A stretch of DNA of 64,000 nt from Perkinsela sp. CCAP 1560/9 (GCA_965644495.1 CBFFSA010000001.1:992001-1056000), one strand, 5' to 3'; numbered from the stretch's first letter, positions 33,796 through 45,420 are shown. Numbers and translations are program-made. Notes: generated by a model not told the origin, from the sequence alone.

Positions 33796-35547
33796 ATGGA
33801 TACCAGAAACGATGAGACTTCGAAAGAAATTGGGGAGAATTCTCAGAGCACAAGTTCCGCGAAAACCGTCACAGGTAAAGATTTGAGTGATGGTTCCTCA
33901 AAGTATACCGTTGAAAATGTTTCTCCGTCTATTAAAAAACCTCTGTACGACGTCGATGAGTTGTATATGATAAAAGTTCACGCGCAGCATTCCTACGATA
34001 TGTGTGTGTCATGCTCTTGGTGTCGATCTGTCAGTAGAGAAAAGTACGCTCGGCAGAACGACTTTACAGCCGTTACCAATATTATGTCAATTTTCTTGCA
34101 TAGAGATACGGAAATGCTAAGTAGATTCTTGGAGTACGTGGTTGACTCACTGTCCTCATTCTACCCCCTGCGGATTCGTAACGAAGTGCGGAGTAAGTTG
34201 GAGGATACGCTCAGTGTTGAAAGTTTGGCTTGGCAATCACACCCCGTGACCTCCATGAGAGAGCTCCTCCATATTTTTGCGTGCCACATGAGAAAGTTAC
34301 AAGCTCCTGCCGATGAAGTTGAGTTCGAACGAGTTTACAAAATAATTGACGAAGCACTGCGAAAATTGGATGAAATGCATTTGAATTTTAAAGAAATCCT
34401 AACAAGCATTCCTACAATTTCTACGGCGCGATCTGATACGAAAGATTGTCCGTCCCTTGAGAATTTGTACTCTATAACTTTACTTTTGCTCGACTTTATA
34501 TGCAAACGTTTGCAACACCTTCGCGAGTCTATTAATAAATTTCGTTCACTTTTGGTTACCCACGTGGATAGGACGCGGGCCATAGAGAAAGTGTCGGAAT
34601 TCTATAAATCGAGATTACTATCTCCTTCGCGCTCTGTTTTAGACTGGATAAAGAACGTGCATACGAGAACAAAGATATTACCGGAAGAACATACGGATTC
34701 GAAGCTGTCGAGTTTTGAGCAAAACCCTCAGGACAATGAGAAATGCAATGGAATTATTAGGCAGGCTTTTCAATCAGAATTACTACATCACATCACTTCG
34801 CCCCCGAAATTAGAAGATATTCCATGGGAGATTTTTGAGTTTGACAGGGCTAACATTTTTTCGTTTGCATACGTCCTTCAATTACTCACCATTCGGACTA
34901 TGCTCTTGGAGTGTGTCTTTCTTACAATTTCTAAGTACGGAGCTCAAATAAAGCCACACGGGAAATGTTCAGCTGCTTTCGATGAAGAACTATGTAGACT
35001 GCTTGGAAACGTCTCTAGAAATGGTACAGACGAGGTGAGTGATGAAAGTGATGTTCCATGGGGAGCTCCTCGATTGGGTGCCGTGAAGACATGCGTCACC
35101 GGCTTTGCGTCAAGTCTCCTTCCACCCGGAGTACACTTGCAGTCGTGCGACTACATTTATCTTGAAGGTTTGTGTGAGAGAATGGTAATACATGGCGAAG
35201 TTGATGCACTTCCTGAAGGTACTTCAGTTGGTATGAAGCGCAAAAGGACAGATCTGAGCCATAAACACGACGAAACAGGTGTTATTGAAAAGGCGCTCCA
35301 GTGCGCCGAATACAGGCTCTACGAAAAGCGAATCCTCCAGTTTTTGATGAAGGTGTCAGCCTTTGAGTCGTCAAACGACTGTTCGCCGCTCACAGAACTT
35401 GAACTCGCTGAAAGCGCTAAATCTCTATCCCTTAGGGGTCCTGTATGCAAGGACTTGTTGGTTTTTTACTCGGAAATACATTGCATGATGGATTTCCACT
35501 GGCTCACTTTTCGCACTTTTTATATCGATCACTTGCATTTCAAGTGA
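33796..35547 (+). CDS. Hypothetical protein, possibly TCP11/SOK1-like
   Basis: 583-aa helical ORF; HMRKLQAPADE and PWEIFEFDRANI resemble the TCP11 CAPxRD and PETLxxD motifs. Confidence 0.6.
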   Translation: MDTRNDETSKEIGENSQSTSSAKTVTGKDLSDGSSKYTVENVSPSIKKPLYDVDELYMIKVHAQHSYDMCVSCSWCRSVSREKYARQNDFTAVTNIMSIFLHRDTEMLSRFLEYVVDSLSSFYPLRIRNEVRSKLEDTLSVESLAWQSHPVTSMRELLHIFACHMRKLQAPADEVEFERVYKIIDEALRKLDEMHLNFKEILTSIPTISTARSDTKDCPSLENLYSITLLLLDFICKRLQHLRESINKFRSLLVTHVDRTRAIEKVSEFYKSRLLSPSRSVLDWIKNVHTRTKILPEEHTDSKLSSFEQNPQDNEKCNGIIRQAFQSELLHHITSPPKLEDIPWEIFEFDRANIFSFAYVLQLLTIRTMLLECVFLTISKYGAQIKPHGKCSAAFDEELCRLLGNVSRNGTDEVSDESDVPWGAPRLGAVKTCVTGFASSLLPPGVHLQSCDYIYLEGLCERMVIHGEVDALPEGTSVGMKRKRTDLSHKHDETGVIEKALQCAEYRLYEKRILQFLMKVSAFESSNDCSPLTELELAESAKSLSLRGPVCKDLLVFYSEIHCMMDFHWLTFRTFYIDHLHFK

Positions 35548-35673
35548 CCTTGTCAGACAAGGTCGTAAAACGTGGCTCTCAGTTTAAACAAGTGCGTCGA
35601 GAGAATCGCTCTTCCTAACATCAAATTTATCCAAAAAATTAACTACTGGTGGTAAATAAATTTACGAAGGCTT

Positions 35674-36429
35674 TTACAAAACAAAGGGGTGATCAGCACT
35701 TTCAGGGGAAATTACGTCCTCTTGATTTTCTTCTGCTGCATCAAGAACCGGTATCACTGTAAACAGTTCGCTCGCGCGGCGAATCGCTTCAAGGATGTTT
35801 TCTGGCTTACTTAGACTTTCCGGCGAAATTCCGACCTTACTCCACGCTTGAACATTGGCATACCTCTGCCGATTATTATTAAGGTGGGCGTACGTTTTCA
35901 TAATACTGTCAAGAAGCTGTGCTTTGCTTACTTTTGCTCCGATCGACCGAGTGTCACCGATTCGCTTTCCCTCAGTGTATTGGGTCTGACAGTATTTCAG
36001 TAAGGCCATGGTTCGGTAGTTTATAATAGTTTTGGCTTCAAACGGTTAAAGAGACCCACATCGCAAGGCTGAAGTCTTCATGTGCACTTTGCTGGAATGT
36101 ACACAATTCGCAACCATGAAAAAGTGTCTTCGCTGCGCGTGACAAGTACAGAGCGCGTGGTATGTACAGAGCAGCAATCCAAGAGAAGAATCAAGGCAGG
36201 TTTTTTTTCTGTTTGTAAAATATGTCCCCCCACAGGGCTTTTCTACAAATGCCCCACAGAGCTCATAAAGATGTATCCCTAACCGAGAGAAAAAATACTA
36301 CGATCATGGTTTTGAAAACAATACGCCGCAAAGCGGCGCGCTTTTTTTTTGAGGGGAGGAGATTTCTTATCCCCCCTATTTAGTGTTGAATTTTTCCGAA
36401 TTTCACTCAACACTAAATAGGGGGGACAG
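35674..36429 (-). mobile_element. Decayed pogo/Tigger-like (DDE_1) transposon
   Basis: Minus-strand LILLLDCCSVH...IVYIPAKCT*RLQPCDVGLF with stops; candidate terminus TA|CTGTCCCCCCTATTTAG at 36429; 20-bp perfect inverted repeat 36370-36389/36407-36426. Confidence 0.75.
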
Positions 36430-36882
36430 TATAATTAAATCACAAAGGTTTAAACCTTCCTAAATCATTAGAATCATACTGCCTCCTATCCTAACGTTTT
36501 CCGAGTCTGGTATAAGCAACTCTAAGAGGGTGGTAAAACAAATTGCGTTACAGCAAGGGTCAGGGTCTCAAAAGCAACGCTAATAAGGAGGGTACCATTG
36601 CAACGCTAGGATAGGGAGGGGAGACCTTCGCAGGTCCCTTGGGTACGGCCTCACCCGGGAATGTACTCACTGACCCTCCCTTTGAAAGTGAAAAATTACA
36701 AAGTGATTAAAAAAGTCTAGAAAGTAGTTCCAAAAAATTCTCCGTACTCGAAGAACACAGCAGTCTAACAGTAGCAAAGAATGTTCCTTATTACTTTTCG
36801 AGAAAAGTAGTGACAGATCTCCTTGTGCCCGAAAAACCCCAAAAAAACATAATATTTTACCCAAGAATATTCGGTCACTAAA

Positions 36883-37903
36883 GTGGCCAATACCCAGGTC
36901 GACAAAGCCGTCCTGGCATGTGCTGAGGCCTTGCTCGGGGGGATGGGCTCCTTGGGGAAAACGCCGTTCTCCAATAACCTTTTCACGGCAGATTTCCTGG
37001 GGACCATCTCCTTCGAGCATAAGGCGGAAGACATGCAGGCCAAGGCGAAGAACGCCCTACAGGGCCGACCCCAAGGCATGTCAGCCAAGGAACAGCGGCG
37101 CAACCTCTGTGAGGCCGCGTTGAGGAAAGCCCCGACGGCCACCCAACTGGTCTGTATGCGACAGACCCAGAACATTCACTCCACTAAGTGGATGAACGCA
37201 TGGCCCAACAGGCCGGAGTATTACATGCAGGACCCGCAGTGGGAGACTGCGGCCCGTCTCCGGTACTTGGTCGCCCCCACCTCGGAACCTGAGCTCCAGT
37301 GCGTGTGCGGTGCAACCCTCCGCAATGAGGAGTTTTGCGTACACGCACTGGATTGCAAGAAGGTTAAGGGGAAAACCCAGGCCTCCCGCCACAAGGAGGT
37401 CAAGGAAACCTTTCGAAACCTTCTTGTGCAATATGGTTTCAAACCGGACCTACACGAACCGAGGTTCGACAATGGACGGGGGCCCGACATATGCTTCCAG
37501 CTGGGACGGAAGACTGCCCTAGTTGATGTCACCGTGGTGAACCCACTGGCCCCGTCCTACGTGGAGAAGGAGGCCGCAGAGCCTTCTCATACTCTGAGGA
37601 TGGCGGAGGCCAACAAGCGACGCTCACACGATGAGATGGCGACCGCCCGAGGGATGGAATTTTACCCCTTGGCCTTCACCACGCACGGGATCCCGGGCCC
37701 AGAGACCTTGAACTTCCTAACCAAGGTGGCCCGGGCCCACACATCCGACAAGAACGGATGCATGTCCCACCTTCTGATGGCCATAGGGGTGGCCATCCAG
37801 AAAGGTAATGCCCAGATTGTACAGGCGGCAGTACAAGACTGGTACCGCTGCGGGGTACGAGGCTAGCTGGGCGATGGGGTTTAGGGAGAAAGGGAAAAAA
37901 AAA
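36883..37903 (+). mobile_element. 5'-truncated CRE-clade non-LTR retrotransposon (zinc knuckle plus restriction-like endonuclease)
   Basis: CVCG...HALDC, RH, PD, VDVTVVNP, EANKRR, FYPLAFTTHG, IQKGNA; GC content jumps at the 5' junction; short 3' UTR ending in an A-tract; no RT domain. Confidence 0.85.
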
Positions 37904-38856
37904 TATATATACATGTATGTTCGAAAGGTATGTTCGAAAAACACGGTTTACAGTATTTTTCCGTTGTTATGCACAGAGGTTCCCCTTTTATGTCAAAGAA
38001 ATTAGTTGAAAAGCTTGCCCGGAGCTCTCACAACGTTTGTTCCATTTTTCTATCATGGGTCTGTACTATGCATGGAGGTTCATTCACCTCTTTTTTATCC
38101 TTTGTTCACCATTATCGGTCACTTTAGTCAATTTCCTCTTATAAACAAATTCAACAGATCTTTTCATTATATTTTATCCTTATGTATTTATTTTTGATCA
38201 TGGCACCTCCCAAAACAGACACGAATTGTGCATGAAATAACTGTACACCCGATTTACTTTCTCTAGCCTGATCGAAATATAGGAAAATAAAAGGAGAAAT
38301 TTTCGTCTTTTTTTGGATTTTCATCTATTTTTGATCATGGGAGAATGTCTTTTAGAATGTTGTCAAGAATCTTTACAAAGAATGTTGTCTATGTATGGAC
38401 GCCACAAATGGAGATAAAGCCAAATTTTACGGTCTAATTACACTTCGTGATGAATATGCAAAGTTATCCCTATCGGAAATAGCTTGACGACACTAGAAAA
38501 TATATCTGAAACAGAAGAACAAGGCATTTGTCCATCGTTCTAAACTCCGCTTTCTGGAGCTCATGTTAGGTACTGAAAAATTGGAATTCATAATCGTAAA
38601 AGTGAGTTTCTGAATTAGAATTTCATTATTTTCGGTAAACTAGCTTTTTTAAAGGTCTATAATTACTAATGAGAGCTAGATACACTTGCTTTCCACTTGG
38701 TGCGTCTGTCAACGTTTTCCTGTTTTTTTTCAATATCTCGTAGACCTTTCATTTAATTCATTCGTTTTCCTTCCTTCTCCTATACCCTCTCTTTCTTCTC
38801 ATCCCTCTACCAAACACCTCACTCCATCACCAAAACCATCCCCACCCTCCGTCACC

Positions 38857-40764
38857 ATGGAGGAACGCATCCGAGTTGTTCTTCGTCCCCGACCTCCCTA
38901 CCCACCCCTTTCCCATGTCGGCACCTCCTCATCCCCCACCCCCACCACCCTATCACCCAGTCCCCCTCTCAAACCCCTTAGCTCTACCCACGTCCAACTC
39001 TCCCGTGTTCTCCCCGATCCCACGGCCTCCCCCTATGACAACACGACCTCCTCGAGCTCCTCTTCCTCCTCGAGCTCCACACACTTCCGCAGAACCTTCA
39101 CCTTCGACCACGTCTTCCCCTCCCGTGTCTCGCAGCACACCGTGGCCGCAGAGGTCGGGCGCCCCCTGGTCCACGCCTGCGTCGCGGAGGGGACCAACGC
39201 TACGGTGTTTGCCTACGGGCAAACCGGCAGTGGGAAGACCCACACCATGGTGGGGGCGCTGCTGCCGCAGTGTACCGGGTGGCTGTTTGAGGAGCTGGAG
39301 AGGGTGAAGCAACGGGGAGGGGGGGGAGAGGAGGGGGAAAGGGAACGGGAAGGAGAGAAAGTGGGGAGGGAGGGAGAGGGGGGGATGCCCCAATCAAGTA
39401 GTGTACCCACCACCCCGGTAGGAGGGTTGAGAAAGGATGGGGATACACCGGTGAGGTCCAGGGTTGTGAATTCGGCTCGAGGGGTATCGAATAGGAGTGG
39501 TGAGGTGTCGACAGGGTATATCACGCCGGAGAAGGGTCGAGGAAGCGTTAGTTCCGTGTTAAGTTCTCCGTTGGTCGGGTATACCGTCTCTGTATGTTGC
39601 TTGGAGATCTACAATGAACGGGTTCGTTATCTCGGGAGTCAAAGGGGTTCCAAGCAAAGGGTGAAACCTCCCGTGGCTTCCCCGAGTAAAATTGGTACGT
39701 CATCCCAAGTGTATGCCGCAGGGCACAGCGATGGAAACGCTCAATACGTGTCTGTGTCCTCCGCCGCCGAACTGCAAGACGTCATTACAAAATCCCACGA
39801 GCGGCGTATTACCGATGCTACCCGCGTCAATGAGTCCAGCAGCCGCAGTCACTTTCTTGCGTTCGTGGCAATTACGAGCTTCCACTGCTCCGCAACGACC
39901 TGTGGAACCAGCCTTGATGGTTCCCTTGCAGACCCGGAAGTTGTACATAGAGTTCTTACCTTTGTCGATCTCGCGGGTTCCGAAAAGGTATCTCGTTCAC
40001 TTGCCGAGGGCACACAGCTCGATGAAGCAAAATACATCAACCTCAGTTTGTTGACCTTAGGACGCGTGATTGCTGCGCTTTCTGCCTCGAATACAACTCC
40101 CCGAAAGCGAACGCACCATTGCCCCTTTCGTGAGTCCAAACTTACGAGACTACTGCAACCATCTTTGGGAGGTAACGCGCACACCACTCTTGTGCTTTGT
40201 GTGTCCTCGAATGAGTCTGATATTTCCGAGACACTTTCCACTCTTCGATTCGGGTCAACGGCTCGAAATGTCAAAAACCGTATTTCTGTCGCCTCAGTTC
40301 CTACAATACAAAGTCTTTTGACCCAACTCTCGTGTGCTCGTAAAGAGATACATCGCCTGGAATTGGAAAACAAGGTTCTTCGTATGCACGCAAAGGACAT
40401 GTTTCGTGTAGATGTAGACGAAGCTGAAGCTACACTCGGGCAAGCCGATTTCAAATCTGAAGCTTCTTCCCCTGCAAATTCTGAAGTTACACGCGACAGC
40501 GATGTTCCACTCACTGAGCCGGAAGCCGAGCCATCAACAACCCAGGAATTTCCTGAAAACAAGGAAAGTGATCTCTTGCTAGAGCATAATCAAGAGATTT
40601 GCAACTTGCGCGTCCAACTGCGTAAAGCTGAACAAAGGAACGCACTCTTATCTGATCGTACGCACATGCTTCAGTTTAAGTTACAAGTATGTGATGCGAT
40701 GATCCGTGTGCGCAACAAATGGATTCAGCGGCACGGAAATGGACAGCAGGCCACACTCAAGTGA
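38857..40764 (+). CDS. Kinesin motor protein
   Basis: FTFDHVF, FAYGQTGSGKT, LEIYNE, NESSSRSH, VDLAGSE, PFRESKLTRLLQ, C-terminal coiled coil. Confidence 0.95.
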   Translation: MEERIRVVLRPRPPYPPLSHVGTSSSPTPTTLSPSPPLKPLSSTHVQLSRVLPDPTASPYDNTTSSSSSSSSSSTHFRRTFTFDHVFPSRVSQHTVAAEVGRPLVHACVAEGTNATVFAYGQTGSGKTHTMVGALLPQCTGWLFEELERVKQRGGGGEEGEREREGEKVGREGEGGMPQSSSVPTTPVGGLRKDGDTPVRSRVVNSARGVSNRSGEVSTGYITPEKGRGSVSSVLSSPLVGYTVSVCCLEIYNERVRYLGSQRGSKQRVKPPVASPSKIGTSSQVYAAGHSDGNAQYVSVSSAAELQDVITKSHERRITDATRVNESSSRSHFLAFVAITSFHCSATTCGTSLDGSLADPEVVHRVLTFVDLAGSEKVSRSLAEGTQLDEAKYINLSLLTLGRVIAALSASNTTPRKRTHHCPFRESKLTRLLQPSLGGNAHTTLVLCVSSNESDISETLSTLRFGSTARNVKNRISVASVPTIQSLLTQLSCARKEIHRLELENKVLRMHAKDMFRVDVDEAEATLGQADFKSEASSPANSEVTRDSDVPLTEPEAEPSTTQEFPENKESDLLLEHNQEICNLRVQLRKAEQRNALLSDRTHMLQFKLQVCDAMIRVRNKWIQRHGNGQQATLK

Positions 40765-41083
40765 TTTGCAGGACTATAATAGGTGAAAGTGGTGTGGTGC
40801 TCGTTAAACACAACTTACACCTTATTCATAACATCCTAACTTTACTACGGTTCTCTGACCTCTGGGTAGGTAATTCAACATTTTTACTTGCATTGTACAC
40901 ACCCTAGTTTTTCTTCTTTAGTAGGTTAGCAGCATAGTGAGGACTCACTGCACTTCTGCATACTTTTTTATTATCATCTTAAATAGAAATTCATTGAATT
41001 GTTTCGACCATTTGGCCTACTCTCCATAATTACTTCTTGCAAAACAAATACTAATAGCTTTTCGTATTGGTGGCGATTACTTT

Positions 41084-41563
41084 ATGGTGACTGTTCTTGA
41101 ATTTAACTTGCCGCACAAGGAGGGTCAACAACTGCTTCCTGAGAGCATCATGAGGGCAAGAAATGACCTGCTTCTTGACAAGCTGCGCAAAGAATTTCCT
41201 TTATATCAGTCTCAGCTAGAATCTATGGACTCCTTTGAAGGAAAAATGTTTCTCTCGGTCTCTGATTCTCATACCGCATCACGCATGGTAGAAGCACTTC
41301 AGGCAGATAATCATCGTCTAGTTTATTCTCTTGGACTCGAAACTGGTGTCAGATTAGCAGATTCTACACTTTTATCAAGACACCGGAGTGATGGTGCTCT
41401 GAATCGAAGCTCTGCTGACAATTTGCAACTAAATGCATCACCTTCAAGAAAGAAACCGGGGGTCATTAGTGAGAAAGAGGTATCAAACTGTATTTCCTTC
41501 TTACAAGATGTAATATCCGGACTCACATCTACAGAGAATGGCGAAATAAAATCTGTGACTTAG
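41084..41563 (+). CDS. Hypothetical protein
   Basis: 159-aa ATG-initiated ORF on the coding strand. Confidence 0.55.
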   Translation: MVTVLEFNLPHKEGQQLLPESIMRARNDLLLDKLRKEFPLYQSQLESMDSFEGKMFLSVSDSHTASRMVEALQADNHRLVYSLGLETGVRLADSTLLSRHRSDGALNRSSADNLQLNASPSRKKPGVISEKEVSNCISFLQDVISGLTSTENGEIKSVT

Positions 41564-41956
41564 ATTCTATCGAGCTAGGCTTTACTGTATGCACTTGTAT
41601 GTGCTACAATGTTTACAAAATTCTATGGAACTCACTAATTTCGTGCTGTTTGTTTAAAGCTAGTTGTTTTGAAGGAAGACACTCTGTAGTCTACTGTAAA
41701 CTACTTGCCGATTACTGGATTAGTATCTGTTGAGATACTAATGTCAAGAGATGTGGAAGGAAGCATTAAAATAGTTGTACGATTTTCTGAAGACCCCGTG
41801 TTTAAACAACCTCAATTTTTTGATCCATTAAATCGCACTGACGAATACGTGTTTCGGGTATTTTGACAGAAGCTGTTACATTTCATGTTTCTTCTTGTTG
41901 CTCGAACTCGTTCCAATTTCTGACCTTTAATTCTTCGCAAGCATTCGAGACATAGA

Positions 41957-42769
41957 ATGATTGCATTGCATAGCATGAAAGTTTCATGCGATTTACACAC
42001 TGCGCTAGAACTTCGGCAACTTGCGAATGATATGTGGAATGTCATTTATTACATTCAGGATAGCACCGAACACCTTATCCTCCGGGACCCTCGCTTTTCA
42101 CCAGTCCAAATTTACCCTCGAGGTGTGCTCTCCGTTCTGGGGGCCCCTTCTCTGGAATCGGCAAGTACCGCCATATGTTGGGCTACAAAGATCATAGCCA
42201 GCACTCCATATGCTAAGAATCTTGATATTTCGTGGAATGAACTAAAGTTGTGTATTGACTTCGTAAGTGGGTCAATTTACCTGAACAACGAGCCAACCGC
42301 TACAAACCACGTGATATTTTGTTTACCCAGGGATTTGACTCCGGAGTTTAGGTTAAAACAACAACAATCTGTTAATCTCAGCCTTGCAGAGATGACTCTT
42401 TCTAAGCATCGCAGCTGGCGAGTAAAGCACAACGTGCAATGTGTTGTGACAGACTTCACACCGAGAGGGCAAGCCATGGAACTCCGAGTTGAGGTCTTAC
42501 TAAGTGAGCAATCCGGGGGAGCGAAAGCGCAGTTCCGCATATCCGAAAAAGCGGGTATTCGTTTTTCCATTGTACCTTTTCGTAAAGCTGTCGATCTTTC
42601 GATTGATACTGCTTCTACCACTGAAGAGGTTAGGGATCGATATGAAGAACTGTTCCGCGATTCGGTCGCTTTTGCAACGGCCTTAAGAGAAGAAATACTC
42701 GAACCATGCTACCGCAAAACAGGTCCTACTTTGAAAATAAATCGAAAACATAGGACTACTGGGCTCTGA
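41957..42769 (+). CDS. Divergent TBP-fold protein (putative)
   Basis: LHSMKVSCDLHTALELRQLA..NVIY...LILR...VQIYPRGVLSVLGAPSLESAS aligns by eye with TBP repeat 1 ([20 protein letters not shown]..NAEY...[20 protein letters not shown]). Confidence 0.55.
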   Translation: MIALHSMKVSCDLHTALELRQLANDMWNVIYYIQDSTEHLILRDPRFSPVQIYPRGVLSVLGAPSLESASTAICWATKIIASTPYAKNLDISWNELKLCIDFVSGSIYLNNEPTATNHVIFCLPRDLTPEFRLKQQQSVNLSLAEMTLSKHRSWRVKHNVQCVVTDFTPRGQAMELRVEVLLSEQSGGAKAQFRISEKAGIRFSIVPFRKAVDLSIDTASTTEEVRDRYEELFRDSVAFATALREEILEPCYRKTGPTLKINRKHRTTGL

Positions 42770-43401
42770 TATATTCTAACTAGTTCGAATTTTTGTTGCA
42801 TGTGTACTGCCTTACAAACCGAGATTGATATTGAATTATAGAATTATTAGGCGTACATCACTAGAGAATATTTAAATTCTCTACAGTGTAGTGATGTACG
42901 CCTAATCACAACGCCCTTTGCCTTCCTCTGTCCATGTTCTTAATGGTCTTTTCATGATGGGTTTAGCCGAGTTGAAAATGTCTAAAAGCTTCCTTATAAT
43001 CGAGGTATCAGCTATAGACAAAGCGGGCATGCATAATTGAGTCAAAGGGAGCGTTCGCTAGGCACACTGATAAGAAGGCTCAAGTGTCCTCTACGCTGTG
43101 TAAAGGGGTAGAGTCTAGATCTCTGAGTCGTAGGAGCAACTGCGAATTTGTGCATGAGAAAAAACTGTTTTTCAAGTATAAAAGAAATAATCTGTAAAAA
43201 CAATAGTGTGTTTATTTTAGGTAGTGTATGACATGTACAATGTTTAAGCATAGTTTTACCTTTCCATGTATCCTAATGGAGTATTCTAGTTCTATACAAT
43301 AGATGTTTCTGTGCTCTACTCTTTCCATTCGTGTCTTCTACTGTCCATTGGTGCGTAAAACCGCATGTGATCCAAACGTTTTTCAGTACAAGTCGTAAAA
43401 G

Positions 43402-45138
43402 GTGAAAGACCTCGACGCATCGTTCTGCGCTAATGAAATGTGGCTTCCGAAAAAGCATCGCGATTGTGCCAATATGGGTATCATTAAACCCGTATTAAAA
43501 TGGTTTTACGGGCCTTTTGATGTTCTTCCGCTTGAGGTTTCGCCATCGAACGGAAAGGAAGGCAAAAGGAAAATTGATGCACCCTTCATAAAATCCTGCA
43601 CTTCCGAATCTGCAGTCCCTGTGACAACGGGTAAGACTACCACCCTTTCGCATGTGGAGTCATCCGGAATTACAAGTATTTCATCCACATGTGGATCAAA
43701 ACCTGTGGAACGGATAAATACATTGGAAAGAGCTATTCCAGTTTCGATACCGTTTTCAAAGGAAATAAGTAAGGCATCGAACTTCATACAAAGTGTAGCT
43801 CACAATGTCAATAAATCTCCTGTGCAACGAAATGGACGGTGCCAAAATTACAATCATACGGCACCCCAAAGAATAGCTTTAGATTTCGAGTTTGTGCGCT
43901 TTGACCGGAAAACTATGATTCGAACGGCAGCATTTACCGCAATTCCTGAGACCGGAGCAAATTCATATTCGTTGTGTGGTGAAAAAATTGTGGAACAAAA
44001 AAGCGCTAACGATAATTCAATATTATATCCTCCGTATCCTACGATTATCTATACGCTTCGGCCTTCGACAACCTTACAACTGGCACACATCCTTCCAGCT
44101 GGTCATGCGTTACGCAGCGGAAAAGATGCCGTGCTCAGATGTCAAAACTTCGCTACAGAAATGGAGTCTGGTTTTCCATCCGAAGAAAAGAACTATAACT
44201 TGGCGAATACTGCAGAGCCAGTTATGGGATGCGACATCCTGTCAAGTTTACATACTGAGTTGAATACGAAGGCTGCCTACTTTCTTCCAAATATTCGCAC
44301 TCTTAATAAGAGCGTATCGTTGGAGGATGTAAATGCTGAATTATGCACTTCTCTATTGAATCGAGTTGACGAGCTAGGGTCCATGAAATTGTATCGACTT
44401 TTCGAAAGAGCCGCGCAACCTTATACGAACGAAGCAAAAGCTCTCATTTGGGGTCTATATCAATGCTATCATCTAAGTCAGAAGGAACTTAGACGAATGC
44501 ATAAAATCTTTCAACGCTACGACTCATATTCGTCTTCGACCCTATCATCCTCCACAAAAATGGTTAATATGGGTACCTCTTCCTTTGAAAACTTTGATCA
44601 GTCACTGCTCGGAAGTTCGGCACAAAATCTAGGTGATTACGAGTGCTTAAAAGCTGAATCGGAATCTGATTCCTCCTTGTGCTTGCCAAGAGTGCGTTGC
44701 TGTAATTCTCTTGAACATCTGGGAAAAGAGTTGTATCGATACTTACACACGCAAGCAGTACTGTGTCCTAATACGAAGATGTATTGTTATGGTAACTCTG
44801 ATCATAGTGCGCTGATAGAAACTCTTGAGGCCTCAGTACCAAAGTCCGTTGAAGTTGAACCTCATGTCGTAAGACTTCTACGCAATATGATTGACTTCAC
44901 TCACGACACAGCATTCTACCCTATTTACCAGCACTTTGGAAACCGAATACCGAAGCTTCATGAGGCGCTGCAACTCATGGCAAACGACGATTGGAACAGT
45001 GGCCCTCTTTTTTCGTCCTATGCACCTCTATCATTACTGAAGAAGCGCATTAAAACACTTGTATCGGATAGTGATGCGCATAACCCTGTTTGGGACGCAT
45101 ACGCCTTGGCTTTGTTGATTCAAGGATGTGACCTTTAA
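43402..45138 (+). CDS. Hypothetical protein
   Basis: 578-aa ORF on the coding strand; start uncertain. Confidence 0.65.
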   Translation: MKDLDASFCANEMWLPKKHRDCANMGIIKPVLKWFYGPFDVLPLEVSPSNGKEGKRKIDAPFIKSCTSESAVPVTTGKTTTLSHVESSGITSISSTCGSKPVERINTLERAIPVSIPFSKEISKASNFIQSVAHNVNKSPVQRNGRCQNYNHTAPQRIALDFEFVRFDRKTMIRTAAFTAIPETGANSYSLCGEKIVEQKSANDNSILYPPYPTIIYTLRPSTTLQLAHILPAGHALRSGKDAVLRCQNFATEMESGFPSEEKNYNLANTAEPVMGCDILSSLHTELNTKAAYFLPNIRTLNKSVSLEDVNAELCTSLLNRVDELGSMKLYRLFERAAQPYTNEAKALIWGLYQCYHLSQKELRRMHKIFQRYDSYSSSTLSSSTKMVNMGTSSFENFDQSLLGSSAQNLGDYECLKAESESDSSLCLPRVRCCNSLEHLGKELYRYLHTQAVLCPNTKMYCYGNSDHSALIETLEASVPKSVEVEPHVVRLLRNMIDFTHDTAFYPIYQHFGNRIPKLHEALQLMANDDWNSGPLFSSYAPLSLLKKRIKTLVSDSDAHNPVWDAYALALLIQGCDL

Positions 45139-45420
45139 AGCATGTCCAGAAATTTTGACTACGTTGCACCTGGTCGTTCTACATAGAGCAGATACACACT
45201 GTACATAGACAGCATGTAGGTACGTACAGTGTACTAAGTACACTTACTTACTTAGTAGCAGATACACTGCTTTACACTTTTTTGAATCTGCATCTGTTTT
45301 AAGCTACTTTTAGTTCTTGTTTCTGAAACTAAATTTATTTATTTATTTTTTCCTTTGTTTTGCAAACCTAAAAAACTGACGTGGTACAATACAATATTAA
45401 AAATAGAGTTTTACAGCACC

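Noticed and set aside
22243-39524. Long antisense or alternate-frame ORFs in the GC-skewed segments (e.g. 22243-22863, 25734-26474, 30990-31865)
   Set aside because: These are shadows of stop-poor GC-rich sequence overlapping better-supported genes
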